Both the position numbers and the translations under genes were made by a program. A model generated the notes under the pieces. It worked only from the letters and a program-made list of their open reading frames with translations. It was not told the origin of the DNA and did no database searches. DNA of 64,000 bases from contig NC_068981.1 in assembly GCF_001194135.2 (NCBI RefSeq), positions 198,887,315-198,951,314 of the forward strand, written 5' to 3'. Position 1 is the first letter of the stretch; each line of letters starts with the position of its first letter. Positions 40,768-52,563 of this stretch are shown piece by piece. The stretch is from Octopus bimaculoides (taxonomy: Eukaryota).

Positions 40768-41780
40768 CACCATCATCATCATTGTTTAACATCCACTTGC
40801 CGGGCTGGCATGGGTTGGACGGTTCGACCGGGGTCTGGGAAGCCAGGAGGCTCCAGTCTGATCTGGCAGCGTTTCTACAGCTGGATGCCCTTCCTAATGC
40901 CAACCACTCCGTGAGTGTAGTGGGTGCTTTTTACGTGCCAGTGGCACGGGTATCACAACTACAATTTCCATTCGATATTTACTTTGATGTTAATGTACTT
41001 GACTCAATAGGTCTTCTCAGGCACAGCAGGTGGCCACACACATACGTATATCATCATCATCATCATCATCGTTTAACGTCTGCTTTCCATGCTAGCATGG
41101 GTTGGACAATTTGACTGAGGACTGGTGAAACAGATGGTTACACCAGGCTCCAATTTGATTTGGCAGAGTTTCTACGGCTGGATACCCTTCCTAATGCCAA
41201 ACACGGGGTGCTTTTATGTGCCACCAGCACGAGGGCCAGTCTAGCAGTACTGGCAACGGCCACACTCAAAATGGTGTATTTTACGTGCCACCTACACAGG
41301 AGCCAGTCCAGCGGCACTGGCAACGATCTCGCTTGAATGTCTTTACACGTGCTACTGGCACAAGTGCCATGAAGGCGACGCTGGGCACAGGTGCCAACAC
41401 TATTTTGCTTTCAATAAGTCTTCGCAAGCTGAGTTTCGTGTCCAATAAAGGAGATGACATTGGCATGGGTGCCAGTTGTCGAATTTAGTTCGATTTCGAT
41501 TTCACTTGCCTCAACCGGTCTTCACAAGCGGAGTTTAGTGTCCAATGAAGGAAAGGTACGCATAAGTGGGCTGGCTACACCCCTGGCAGAGGCCTTGGAT
41601 TTAGGTCTCACTTGGCTTGCCGGGTCTTCTCACGCACAGCATATTTCCAAAGGTCTCGGTCAGAAGTCATCGGCTCGGTGAGGCCCAATGTTCAGAGGTC
41701 GTGCCTCACCACCTCATCCCAGGTCTTCCTGGGCCTACCACTTCCACAGGTTCCCTCAACTGCTAGGGTGCGGCACTAAG
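40768..41780 (-). mobile_element. Stacked RTE 3'-end copies (two (GAT)n tails plus ORF end)
   Basis: Two catcatcat-tttaac-ttccatgc-catgggttggac tails; the 41600-41770 piece encodes an RGRPRKTWDEVV-like ORF end on the minus strand. Confidence 0.85.
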
Positions 41781-41886
41781 AAATGAGTACAGGAAGAGAG
41801 AGAGAGAGAGAGAGATAGAGAGAGAGAGAGGGTGAATGAGAGAGAGATAAAACAAGGGAGTTTATTTAAGAAACTAAAAGAAAACT

Positions 41887-42192
41887 TTATTTACATTTGA
41901 TGGATATTTGTCCTCATCTTGTTTGTTGTGAACACAACATTTCGGCTGATATACCCTCCAGCCTTCATCAGGTGTCTTGGGGAAATTTCGAACCTGGGTT
42001 CTCATTCCTAAGGTATGTTTCAATGTTGTTGTTATTAATAATAATAATAATAACATTGAAAAATACTTTAGGAATGACAACCCAGGTTCGAAATTTCCCC
42101 AAAACACCTGATGAAAGTTGGAGGGTATATCAGCCAAAACGTTGTGTTAAAAACAAACAAGATGAGGGCAAATATCCGTCAAATGTAAATAA
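41887..42192. mobile_element. Inverted pair of Penelope-like terminal-repeat fragments around (TAA)n, each with a minimal hammerhead motif
   Basis: Arms of about 140 bp (41887-~42030 and ~42050-42192). Consensus GACAC-CUGAUGA-A-GGCUG-loop-CAGCC-GAAAC-GUU-GUGUU. Confidence 0.75.
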
Positions 42193-42326
42193 TGTACATA
42201 ATTCCTCATCTTTTAAATATAGAACTATAAAAGAAAACTATTTCATGTGAAGAACTTTGAAAATGTTGTGTGCAAAATCTAAGACTATGTAATTAATAGG
42301 AACATGATGACATGAGAGAGAGAGAA

Positions 42327-42376
<50 letters not shown>

Positions 42377-43130
42377 AACAAGAAGCTGTGATTAAAGAAG
42401 ATGTTCATAGAAGAAAATGTTCAACAAATCCTGCCAAATCAGTCACAGGAGTCTGGTGCAGGCTATGGTCCGGCTGGCTCTTGTGGTACCGTCCCACCCA
42501 TGCTAGCATGGAACATGGACGTTAAATGATGATGATGATGATGAGGTGATTTCAGATTAAACTTGAAGAAGCAATAAAACATACAAATATACTCTTCACA
42601 TAAACAAAAACATTTTAAAATTTCAGTTTGGTTGAAATCAATCAGTCAATTCATTGATCAGTCTGTTTCTTTCTCTCTTTCTGTGTGTTTGTGTGTGCAT
42701 ACTTTAATAATTATTGGTTTCAAGATTTAGCACAATGCCAGCAATAGAGTAATTTGATTGCATCAGCTCCATTGCTCAACTGCTACTTATTTTTATCAAC
42801 CCCAGAAGGATGAAAGACAAAGTTGACCTCGGTGGAATTTGAACTCAGAACGTGAAGACAAACATTTTTCCCAGTGTTCTGACGATTCTGACAGCTTTTA
42901 CTGCCTTTAATACATTAATCTTGTTAATGCCAACCTGGCTGAAACCACCCCTGGCTCTGAGTACAAATGTCTTGTTTCCAAAAGTTCTGAATTAAAATCT
43001 TCTACCAAACCTTGGCCACAATTCAGGTTCCTAACACTAGCTTAACCATAACTAAATTCTTTGTTACAGCTTAGAAACATATTTGAAGCAAAAGAGTGTT
43101 GCAAAATAGCTTCTTATAGACATTGAGATG

Positions 43131-43185
<55 letters not shown>

Positions 43186-44699
43186 AAATATGTGTAAGCA
43201 TGCATGCCTGTGCACACATGTGCAGTTGCGAATGTGGGTTGCAAGTACAACACAAGACAAATGTCACAGGGAAGGAGGATGTGCTAACTCATTTATTATA
43301 AATAATCGTTCGCATGTTACCTGTCTCTACAATCAGAGTTCAAATTCCACCAAGGTCAGCCTGACCTTTCATCCATTTAAGATCATTGAAATAAGTACCA
43401 GGTGAGTACTGGGGTCACTTCAATTTACTTAACCCCTCTCCACAAAATTTCAGACCTTGTGCCTATAGGAGAAAGGATTATTATTACTTTAAATATATTT
43501 TTCTGTTGAAATTTCCCCACCCCACCCTCCTCAAATGGAAATTGTAGTTGTGACCCTCATGCTGGTGGCATGTAAAAAGCACCATCCGATCGTGGTCAAT
43601 GCCAGCTCCTCTGACCCCTGTGCCGGTGACATGTAAAAAGCACCCACTACATTCGCAGAGTGGTTGGTGTTGGGAAGGTCATCCAGCTGTAGAAACACTG
43701 CCAGATCAGATTGGTGCCTGGTGCAGCCTCCTGGCTTCCCAGACCCCAGTCGAACCGTCCAACCCATGCCAGCATGGAAAACGAATGTTAAACGGTGATG
43801 ATGATTAAAAATGTCGAAAGAATTAGACCAAATCCTTAAGATATCCTCATGAATAACCTTGTTTCATGTCTGCCTTGGCATTGGTTGGATGGTTTGACCA
43901 GATCCAATATCTGGACAACAATATCAAACTCTAATGTCTAATTTGTTCAAGTTTCTACAGCTGGATGCCCTCCCTAATGCCTACAACTTTACAGAGAGTA
44001 CTGGGTGCTTTTTATGTAACACTGGTACGTGTGAGGTCACCTTGTAACTCACAAGACACAGAGAGAAAAAAAAGAACAAGCTCCACCCCCACCATACCCA
44101 CCCTGATTGAGTGGGGTTGCAGTAGGGGGGAGGTGGCAGTATGGCAGGTGTTTAGGTGATAAAATGTAATGGAGGGAAAGGCCCAGGTGTTTTGTTGTAG
44201 AAGAGATATGTAGTTACTCTGCATTATACGAGGGAGGGTAGCAGTAATTGGAAGGAATCCACTGTGTCCACTAAGATTGGCTTTGTCAATCTATTTCTGA
44301 ATTGCAGTCAGAATGAGAATTCAATGAGAAATTAATAACTTGATTAATAAAACAAAGCCCTTGGAAGATCACAAATAAATTACATTTCCAATAACTTTAA
44401 CAAAGTGAACGTTGTGTTAATTCAACATGATGTATTCACAATTTTGATAAACACTTGAGATGAGTAGAGTCCAAACTAAATATTACAGCAATCACTATGT
44501 CGGGGATAATAAAATTTGACCCATCAATTACAAGGCATTAACTTTTAGATTTTAATATTTATATAAAACCAAAGAAGTATTAAAATAAACAAATTCAAAG
44601 AGAAAGTAGATGAAATCTGTTTAGACAAATCATTGATAAAATATTCTTATATTAATAAGGATGGTGTAAGGAATTCTATATTACACATCCAGTGGAGGA

Positions 44700-45470
44700 T
44701 ACTGGCTTTATTCCTTGCAAGTTTACGCATGTCCTCAGCAGTCACCGCTCATGTTTCACTGCCATGAAGCATGGCTGTTCATACACATGCGTCATACAGT
44801 CTGCCTTTTACTCTGAGCGAGAGGCCCTTTGTCACCAGCAGAGGTAGGAGCTCCCTGAACTTTGCCCAGGCTATTCTTATTCTAGCAGCTACACTTTCAG
44901 AGCACCCACCCCCACTACTGACTTGGTCACCTAGGTAATGGAAGCTATCAACTACTTCTAGTTTTTTCTCCGTGGAATGTGACAGAAATTGTTCTCTGCA
45001 CATTTCCAGTGTTTATTGCTCCTGAGCATCTGCCACACACAAAAACTATCTTCCCAGTTAGCCTTCCTTTGATATTGCTGCACCTCTTATGTGCCCATAG
45101 CTTACACTGGGTACATTTTATAGATGAGCAGGGCCATCTACCTGAAGGAATTTGTGGTTTGTCTGCCCTCCTACTTATTAAGATTTGGATTTAGCTAGGT
45201 TGACTCTAAGACATCCTGTCTTGAATTCCTCTGTTATTGCCTGGAGGACTATGATAAATAGGAGGGGGCTGAGGACTGAACCTTGGTGGATCCCTACCTC
45301 TACCTGGGATTCTTCACTGTATTCATTAGCGTCCCTGTACATGGCTCGCACAGCTCTCACTAACCACTCATCTGTCCCTAGTTTCCACATTGACCACCAG
45401 ATAAGAGATCGGGGGACCCTGTTGAAGGCTTTCTCCATGTCAACGAAAGCCAGGTACGGAGTTTTTAAAT
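44700..45470 (-). mobile_element. Internally deleted RTE LINE fragment
   Basis: MEKAFNRVPRSLIWWSM, GIHQGSVLSPLLFIIVL and RIRIAWAKFRELLPLL motifs; the YADD segment is deleted. Confidence 0.9.
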
Positions 45471-45967
45471 ACTGGACTAAACTTTGAACTTTTGACCTTT
45501 ATACTGTCAAAGCGAAGGATTAAACCCAATAAACCCGAAAATAACTAAAACTATTGGCACATCCTGAACTTACATGTAAGTCTAGGAACCACTTTTGTGA
45601 ACCACTAACAACAATCTCATGACCTGAAGTGGACACACATAAATAGACAAACCTGTTTATAAAGTTTATATACATGAATAAATGCTAAACAATAAGAACT
45701 TCTCCAAAACACCTCTCTACCACACCCCACCCTACAACCTAATTACCCGCCACTCAAACCCCACACACCAAAGGAAGATTTTAACTCAATAGAGACTATA
45801 TAAAGCCAAGATTAACTTCAATGCATCACAGTCCAAAACTCTGAAATCACTGTCAATGATATTATTGTTAAAGAACAATAAATCTGTATTCTACAGAATA
45901 TAGAGTTACCAATCGGATTAATGTAAAATTGTTTATATTATAACTGAACTTTGAAGTAAACATTAAG

Positions 45968-46005
<38 letters not shown>

Positions 46006-46274
46006 TAGTGTATACATGTGAAAGTAGTGTATACTCTACACATGGCAGTAGAGCAACTGAGACATCAAATTCTAGTCCTATGGTGTGGCTGTGTTTACAA
46101 ATATATTTTCCATTCATCATACCTTATGGAAGAACAGAAGGGAAACAAAAAATCAAAGATAAGAACAATGAAATTTAATTTTAAAACATGCAGATAATGA
46201 ATAAGAAAGTCAGTTAGGATGGAAGATATTTTGCAAAAGGTTTGAAAAATGCCAAGAAATAAATGAAATCTTAA

Positions 46275-46313
<39 letters not shown>

Positions 46314-46621
46314 ATGTATGTATGTATGAATATATGTTTTAAGACAGAATGTAAATATGACATGTTCAGCTGGGAAGGTAGGAAGAAGGTAATCAATAAC
46401 TTATAATGGAAAAATACTACGGTGAGCAAGACAAACTCCTTTATCAGTCAGTCAGGTGAAGTCCATTAAAAGAAGAATGAGAAGCAGTGGCGAATGTTAT
46501 TTTAGCAATGCTACCAGCAGATTCTTAGTAGTACAACAATATCAATATAGAATTTAGACATTAGTGGCTGTCTTATTGCTAATTGAGTTATCCTTCCCTG
46601 TTGTAGAAAAAACACAGGAAA

Positions 46622-46665
<44 letters not shown>

Positions 46666-48059
46666 GGTGCTTTATTCATGGCAGTTGAAATCTTCATAAC
46701 TGCGTTACAAAATGAGTCATTGATAATTGAAAATGTGATTGATGCCAGTTAAATATTAGAGTCAAAAGACTACGACAATTTACCATTTGTTGCAATAATA
46801 AGACAGAGGCCAGATTGGTTTACAGCAAAAGTCTGTAAATGTTACATGAAACAATGACACAAGACAACATTCTAATTCAGAAATACAGACATACATCACC
46901 ATTATCAGTGTTTAATGTCCACTTTTCCATGTTTGCATGGATCAGGCAGAATCTGTTAAGGCAGATTTCCTATGGCGGGATGCCCTTCCTGTCACCAATC
47001 CTCACTTATGGCCAGACATGGTTTTCATGGAAGACTAGAAACAAACAACCTCACTTGTATCATGGTGATGCTTGCTCACATCATGAGATGTCTAGATAAG
47101 GGTACACACAAACACAGAGACACCCATAAGACAGACTTCTTTCAGCTTCGGTCAACCAGAGACATCGTTCAAGGCTTTGTTCAGCTGAGAGCCATGGTAG
47201 AAGACACTTGCCCAAGGTGCCACACCGTGGGAATGAACTGGAGACTTCACGTTTGGGAAGAAAGCTCCTTAACCACACAGCCACACTTGCACTGAACCAG
47301 GAAGGAGAAAATAGTGTTGGAAGAGAGAAGAAGAAGAGAGAGGAAACAAAAGAGAGAAAAACCATTCTGTGAGGTGAGAAGAGAGAGAAAGAGAGCAAAG
47401 AAAGAAAGACTTTGAAAGAAGAGCATCATGCATTCGGCATTCCGACAGGATACACCTACAATCTACAGATAGTTAGATTGGAAACGGATTACCATGTCCA
47501 TTCTTCATGAAATGTTCATGTAGGTCTCAGGTTTCCGGCAACAATAGAAAACAGTGAGGGCTGGTAATGCTACTGTAGCAGAAAGACAAACATTGGTGGT
47601 TGAACTTTAAAATAAGCCAGAAATTATAATGAATAGAAATATAAACTAATTAGAATATCTGATGACTTCTATGTTAATACTTTTCAAAAGACTTCAGATA
47701 TAAGAACACATTTCTAAAGAAGTTACTGGGTTCATAAATAACTGAGCTGCTAAATTCTATAATTATTTACAACAATCAGTCATTTATTGATTGGAATGTT
47801 TTGATTGATCATTATATCTACATTACAGAGAAATACCTTTCGTTTTACCATGTTGCTGAAGAGGTCACAAATGGCAATGAAGGGATTTTGGCAAACACAA
47901 CAGACTGATTGATAAACCAAATGATTAATCAAACAACTGATTAGTTGGTAGATTAAATTACTAAGCAATTGACCAAAAAAATAAAGAAGTGAAACAGAAA
48001 CGGTGCGTGTGTTTATTATTGGCATAATGACCCTCTCAAGATAAGTATCATGTGTGTGT

Positions 48060-48540
48060 GTGTGTGTGTGATCAGTAAATCATAAATCTGAAAGAGAAGC
48101 ACACTCTAAGTTATAGAGTAATTAAATATAGTTACGACCAGTTTATGAGGTTACACTAGGTTCTACGTCCATAAAGCATTTAGCTTTATAACGTTACTGC
48201 AGACCCTAATGGCCGGTGGTCAATAACCTCTATTCAAAGTGTAAGGAGAAAAGACCTTGTAGCTACTTCTTGAACACTTGGACAAAGGGTTAAGCACAAA
48301 GGGTTGTTGCCCTTAGACTGCTACCTGTAGTTGAAGTGGTCTGTTTGTGGATTCCGGGACTTCAGTAGGAATCTCTTGAAATGCTAGCAGGGTCTGAAGA
48401 CTTCTATTCTGGAATTTAAGATGTTCCCTGGGTTGAGGGAGTTCTTTAATATTCTTGCCTGATCAGTGATGCACAGCTTGCAATGCTTGCTCCTGTTGAT
48501 GTAGGGGCCTGCTTTTTCAAGGATCTTCCATCAGATTACA
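48060..48540 (-). mobile_element. Penelope-like element 3' remnant (GIY-YIG C-terminus, possibly Naiad-type, plus terminal repeat)
   Basis: I*WKILEKAGPYINRSKHCKLCIT...ILNSRIEVFRPC*HFKRFLL matches my recollection of the PLE endonuclease C-terminal pattern; followed by a hammerhead-like segment. Confidence 0.7.
48148..48206 (-). ncRNA. Degenerate homolog of the 29724 hammerhead
   Basis: Colinear GGGU-CUGCAGU-13/5/13-AGAA-CCUAGUG-UA-ACCU; the core is mutated but stem II pairing is retained. Confidence 0.55.
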
Positions 48541-49251
48541 TGTGTGTGTATATATATATATATATATATNNNNNNNNNNNNNNNNNNNNNNNNNNNNNNN
48601 NNNNNNNNNNNNNNNNNNNNNNNNNNNNNNNNNNNNNNNNNNNNNNNNNNNNNNNNNNNNNNNNNNNNNNNNNNNNNNNNNNNNNNNNNNNNNNNNNNNN
48701 NNNNNNNNNNNNNNNNNNNNNNNNNNNNNNNNNNNNNNNNNNNNNNNNNNNNNNNNNNNNNNNNNNNNNNNNNNNNNNNNNNNNNNNNNNNNNNNNNNNN
48801 NNNNNNNNNNNNNNNNNNNNNNNNNNNNNNNNNNNNNNNNNNNNNNNNNNNNNNNNNNNNNNNNNNNNNNNNNNNNNNNNNNNNNNNNNNNNNNNNNNNN
48901 NNNNNNNNNNNNNNNNNNNNNNNNNNNNNNNNNNNNNNNNNNNNNNNNNNNNNNNNNNNNNNNNNNNNNNNNNNNNNNNNNNNNNNNNNNNNNNNNNNNN
49001 NNNNNNNNNNNNNNNNNNNNNNNNNNNNNNNNNNNNNNNNGAGTGTAATCATTACCAGCGTCGCCTTCTAGCACTTGTGCTGGTGGCATGTTAGAAAATC
49101 ATTCGAGCAAGGTCATTGCCAGTGCCGCTGGACTGGCTCCCGTACAGGTGGCACGTAAAAAACACCATTTTGAGCGTGGCTGTTGCCAGTACCGTGTGAC
49201 TGGCCCCCGTGCCAGTGGCACATAAAAGCACCCACTACACTCATCATCATC

Positions 49252-49423
49252 ATCATCGTTTAACATCTGCTTTCCATGCTGGCATGGGTTGGACGATTTG
49301 ACTGAAGACTGGCGAGCCAGATGGCTGCACCAGATTGGAGAGCCTCGTGCAGCCATCTGGCTCGCCAGTCCTCAGTCAAACCATCCAACCCATGCTAGCA
49401 TCGACAACAGATGTTAAATGATG
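49252..49423. repeat. Foldback of an RTE 3' tail, arms of about 78 bp, 16-nt loop
   Basis: Inner 24 bp perfect: GACTGGCGAGCCAGATGGCTGCAC / GTGCAGCCATCTGGCTCGCCAGTC. Confidence 0.9.
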
Positions 49424-51565
49424 ATAATTATATATATCAGAGAGAGAGAGAGAGAACTAAATAATAAATGAGAAATAAGAGCAAACTGAATTGATTAGTT
49501 AATTAAATCTGGCAGCTGGATAGAGGTGACATCTTCTGAAGGTTAACAGTTATTTAAAGAGTGGGAGAACTGGGACTGCACATACAGAGAATAAAGTCAA
49601 CTTTTCTAATGATGGAAGTAAAGAACTGTGTGGTGCCAAGTAGAAGAACATTGCATCATGTTCACTTGTTGAAATGCCCAAAGAAAAAATAGCAGCTTTA
49701 TGTAATTTTAGAAATAGGAAGAATATGAAGTTTCTAAATTATATTTTGGAATTGGAAAGTCCTGTAATGAATAGTGACAGTGGTATTTTCGGCTAAAAGT
49801 TATTCATGAAAGAGTAAGTATGGTGAAGCGGTTGATTACTCCTGCCAGGCCATTAGGCCCATACTTGGGTGCCTACTATAGAAATATTCCATAAGAAATA
49901 TTCAGCAGTTTCCTAATATCCAACTCTTCTTCGTGTTCTCTGTCTTATCGGCATTAACTTCCACTTTTCCAACAACCAATTCTGAATAAATCAATACCCA
50001 GTGGACTCTGGGCCATGTTCTATCTTTGGAAAGAATCCTAACAGGTCTTTACATATGACAAGAGATAAAAGTAGCAATGACATTTCATTCATATAACACC
50101 ATATCATCTTTGAAGTGAAGCTTACATTGGATGTGTACTTTTCCATATGGTTTGCATGCAAAGCAGATGGTGTGGTCACTTTTGAAAGATTTGTCTTTTA
50201 TCATAGGTTTACTGGATCAAGACTGGTCCAAAGTGTGTTTAATTATTTGAAATCCAATTATATTTAATGAATAAAATTCACAAAATAATTCACTGAAATA
50301 CATAGGAGTCAATACGAAGGGTTTAAGATGCTTGAGGATAGTGGAGGATTACGGGAAGAGAGCCAGAGGTGACCAGGTTCAAATGGTACAGCCATATACA
50401 CATGTATGTTTATTTATATAGGTACATGCACATGCACACACACACACACACACAGCCATGCACGTGTGTCTCTTGTTTTGTGATAGTTGTAAACGAGTGT
50501 CACTACCATATAAACAGCATCATCATTGTTAATTTCCAATCTTTCATAGAAACATACCCAGCAATGGATAAATATCCTATTTGGAAATAGGTGAGTGTTG
50601 GTGACAGGACGGGCATCTTGCCATAAAAAAAACATGCCTCATGCACACACAATCATTTTATGGAAGTGATATTTGTGATGAAGTGTGTTTTGGTTTTACT
50701 CCTGTGAAAATATCTTTGTCTTTGTAAATGTATATTTGAACATCTATTTGAACAAACTGTACGATGACTGTGACTTCAAATTTTGCCCCCAATGGTTAAT
50801 GAAGAATGACTAAATGATGACAGCTTAAACACAAAGCATATGAATGGCTGGAAGAGTAAAATCACGAGAAGAAAGATGTAAGGAGCCGGTGACAGAATCG
50901 GCCTTTTTGTATCATAGCCTCATTATCTCCATTATGCGTTCTTTGTGTCTGTTTATTATATTTTGCATTAAATGTAAATGTGTGTGTGGGTGGATGGAAA
51001 GATGAATAAAAAGATGGGTGGGCGGGTGGATGGATGGGAACATAGAAGATAAAAAGATTATGAGGTAGATGAATGGAGAGATGCTTAAATAGGTAGACAA
51101 ACATACATATCATCATCATCATCATCATAGAGTCACACAGATGGACAGAGAGACAGCTAAAGAAACAGACAGAGAGACGTAATATAGATGGTGAAGCAAA
51201 GCTAAAAGTGTAAATCGATAAAGGAAATTTGGAAATAAGGTTGAAGTAGATTATGGAAAATAGACGCCACCACTAGCAGCAACAACAACAACAAGAATAA
51301 TAATAATAAATGTAAATGTAAGAGAGACAGATCAGATTAGATTGTTTTTGTATTGAGAAGTTTAAAGAAGATGATGGATGATTTTCTAAGTGAATCTAAA
51401 TAGCATCATATGTCTAATGGTAGGCTGGTTGTAGTCTGAAATATTTTCATAGAGATCATTGCAGGGATTGACTAGTTCTTTCATGTGTCCACCATCAATA
51501 GTAACGTCTCTTCCAAACACATTGGAACCACTGTCTTTGCTTGCACAAATGCAAGTCTTTCTCAC

Positions 51566-51645
51566 AGTTTGTCGTATGATTCCCATCTGTCAATAACTGC
51601 AACTATACGAATGTGACTTCTGATGCCGTTTCTCTCCAGATCACG
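51566..51645 (-). CDS. Putative 80-nt internal exon (RDLERNGIRSHIRIVAVIDRWESYDKL, phase 0->2)
   Basis: Acceptor cacttttgatctttacAG and donor CT|GTGAGA. In-frame stops lie just upstream of the acceptor and inside the donor, so the open frame coincides with the splice sites. Confidence 0.7.
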
Positions 51646-51892
51646 CTGTAAAGATCAAAAGTGGTGTTTTTCATCAGAGCAACCGAAGTATATCCACTAA
51701 AATATGTACCCAGTGGATAATTCAGGGTATGGATCATGAAGGCAAAAATCATTGGTTATTTATAAGCATTGAACATAAATACATGCCGTCTCTAGCACAT
51801 GCCATTCAGTATTTAAATTAAGAAATGTTAAAGCACCACTAATACCAATATCATAAAATACTGGATGTTTAAATCTCAAGACACACACACAC

Positions 51893-51971
<79 letters not shown>

Positions 51972-52527
51972 TGTGTGTGCATGCATTATTTAGCTTTACG
52001 TTTATACAATCAGAATAGAGAAGAACTGAAATGTTTCTCCTTGCTAACCAAAAGATTTTTTTGGGATGTTCAAGACAAACATGTGAAAAATATATTCCAT
52101 TTAAATTTACTTCCAGATGTGTCATTTTATCTTTCCTACTTTAGCCATCGCATACAATGTTAGCAGAACTTGAATCTAGATAGAGCACAGCTGTTGCTAT
52201 GTTAAATTCTCCCATTTTTAAGGAATTCTGATAATTCTGTTCTTATGAGTTCAAAATAGTTCTTCTGATGTCAAATGAAAAGAAACCCATGTGAAATTAT
52301 ATTTTGTTTTCTTTTTACTTTCTAGCACTCTGACATAAATATAAAATGGCTTGTTTTGTGAGAGCAAAAGTGAAATATTAGTCGTATTGAAAGAAGATAT
52401 GAAGTCTTTTGACCATTTTCTTTAATTATTCTTCATTCTCACAAAAGTACCAATATATATTGCAGGAGAAAAATAGCTTTTATTTAAAGTGATTCTTGTT
52501 CTCGTAAATAAAAATGGTTTGGCTTAC

Positions 52528-52563
52528 CATAACAGAGGAACCAGCTCTGTGACCAATAATCAT
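52528..52563 (-). CDS. Putative 36-nt internal exon of minus-strand host gene (MIIGHRAGSSVM, phase 0->0)
   Basis: Acceptor ttgaatttaaatgcAG and strong donor ATG|GTAAGC; open frame; joins in phase to the exon at 51645. Confidence 0.6.

Noticed and set aside
48321-48539. In-frame TGA in the Penelope-like endonuclease remnant as possible selenocysteine
   Set aside because: The TGA is not at a Cys position and fits CGA>TGA decay; a TAG is also present.
38155-49094. Long ORFs (170-245 aa) at about 38155-38892 and 48483-49094
   Set aside because: They are mostly X from N gaps plus dinucleotide repeats; only the Helitron helicase remnant is real.
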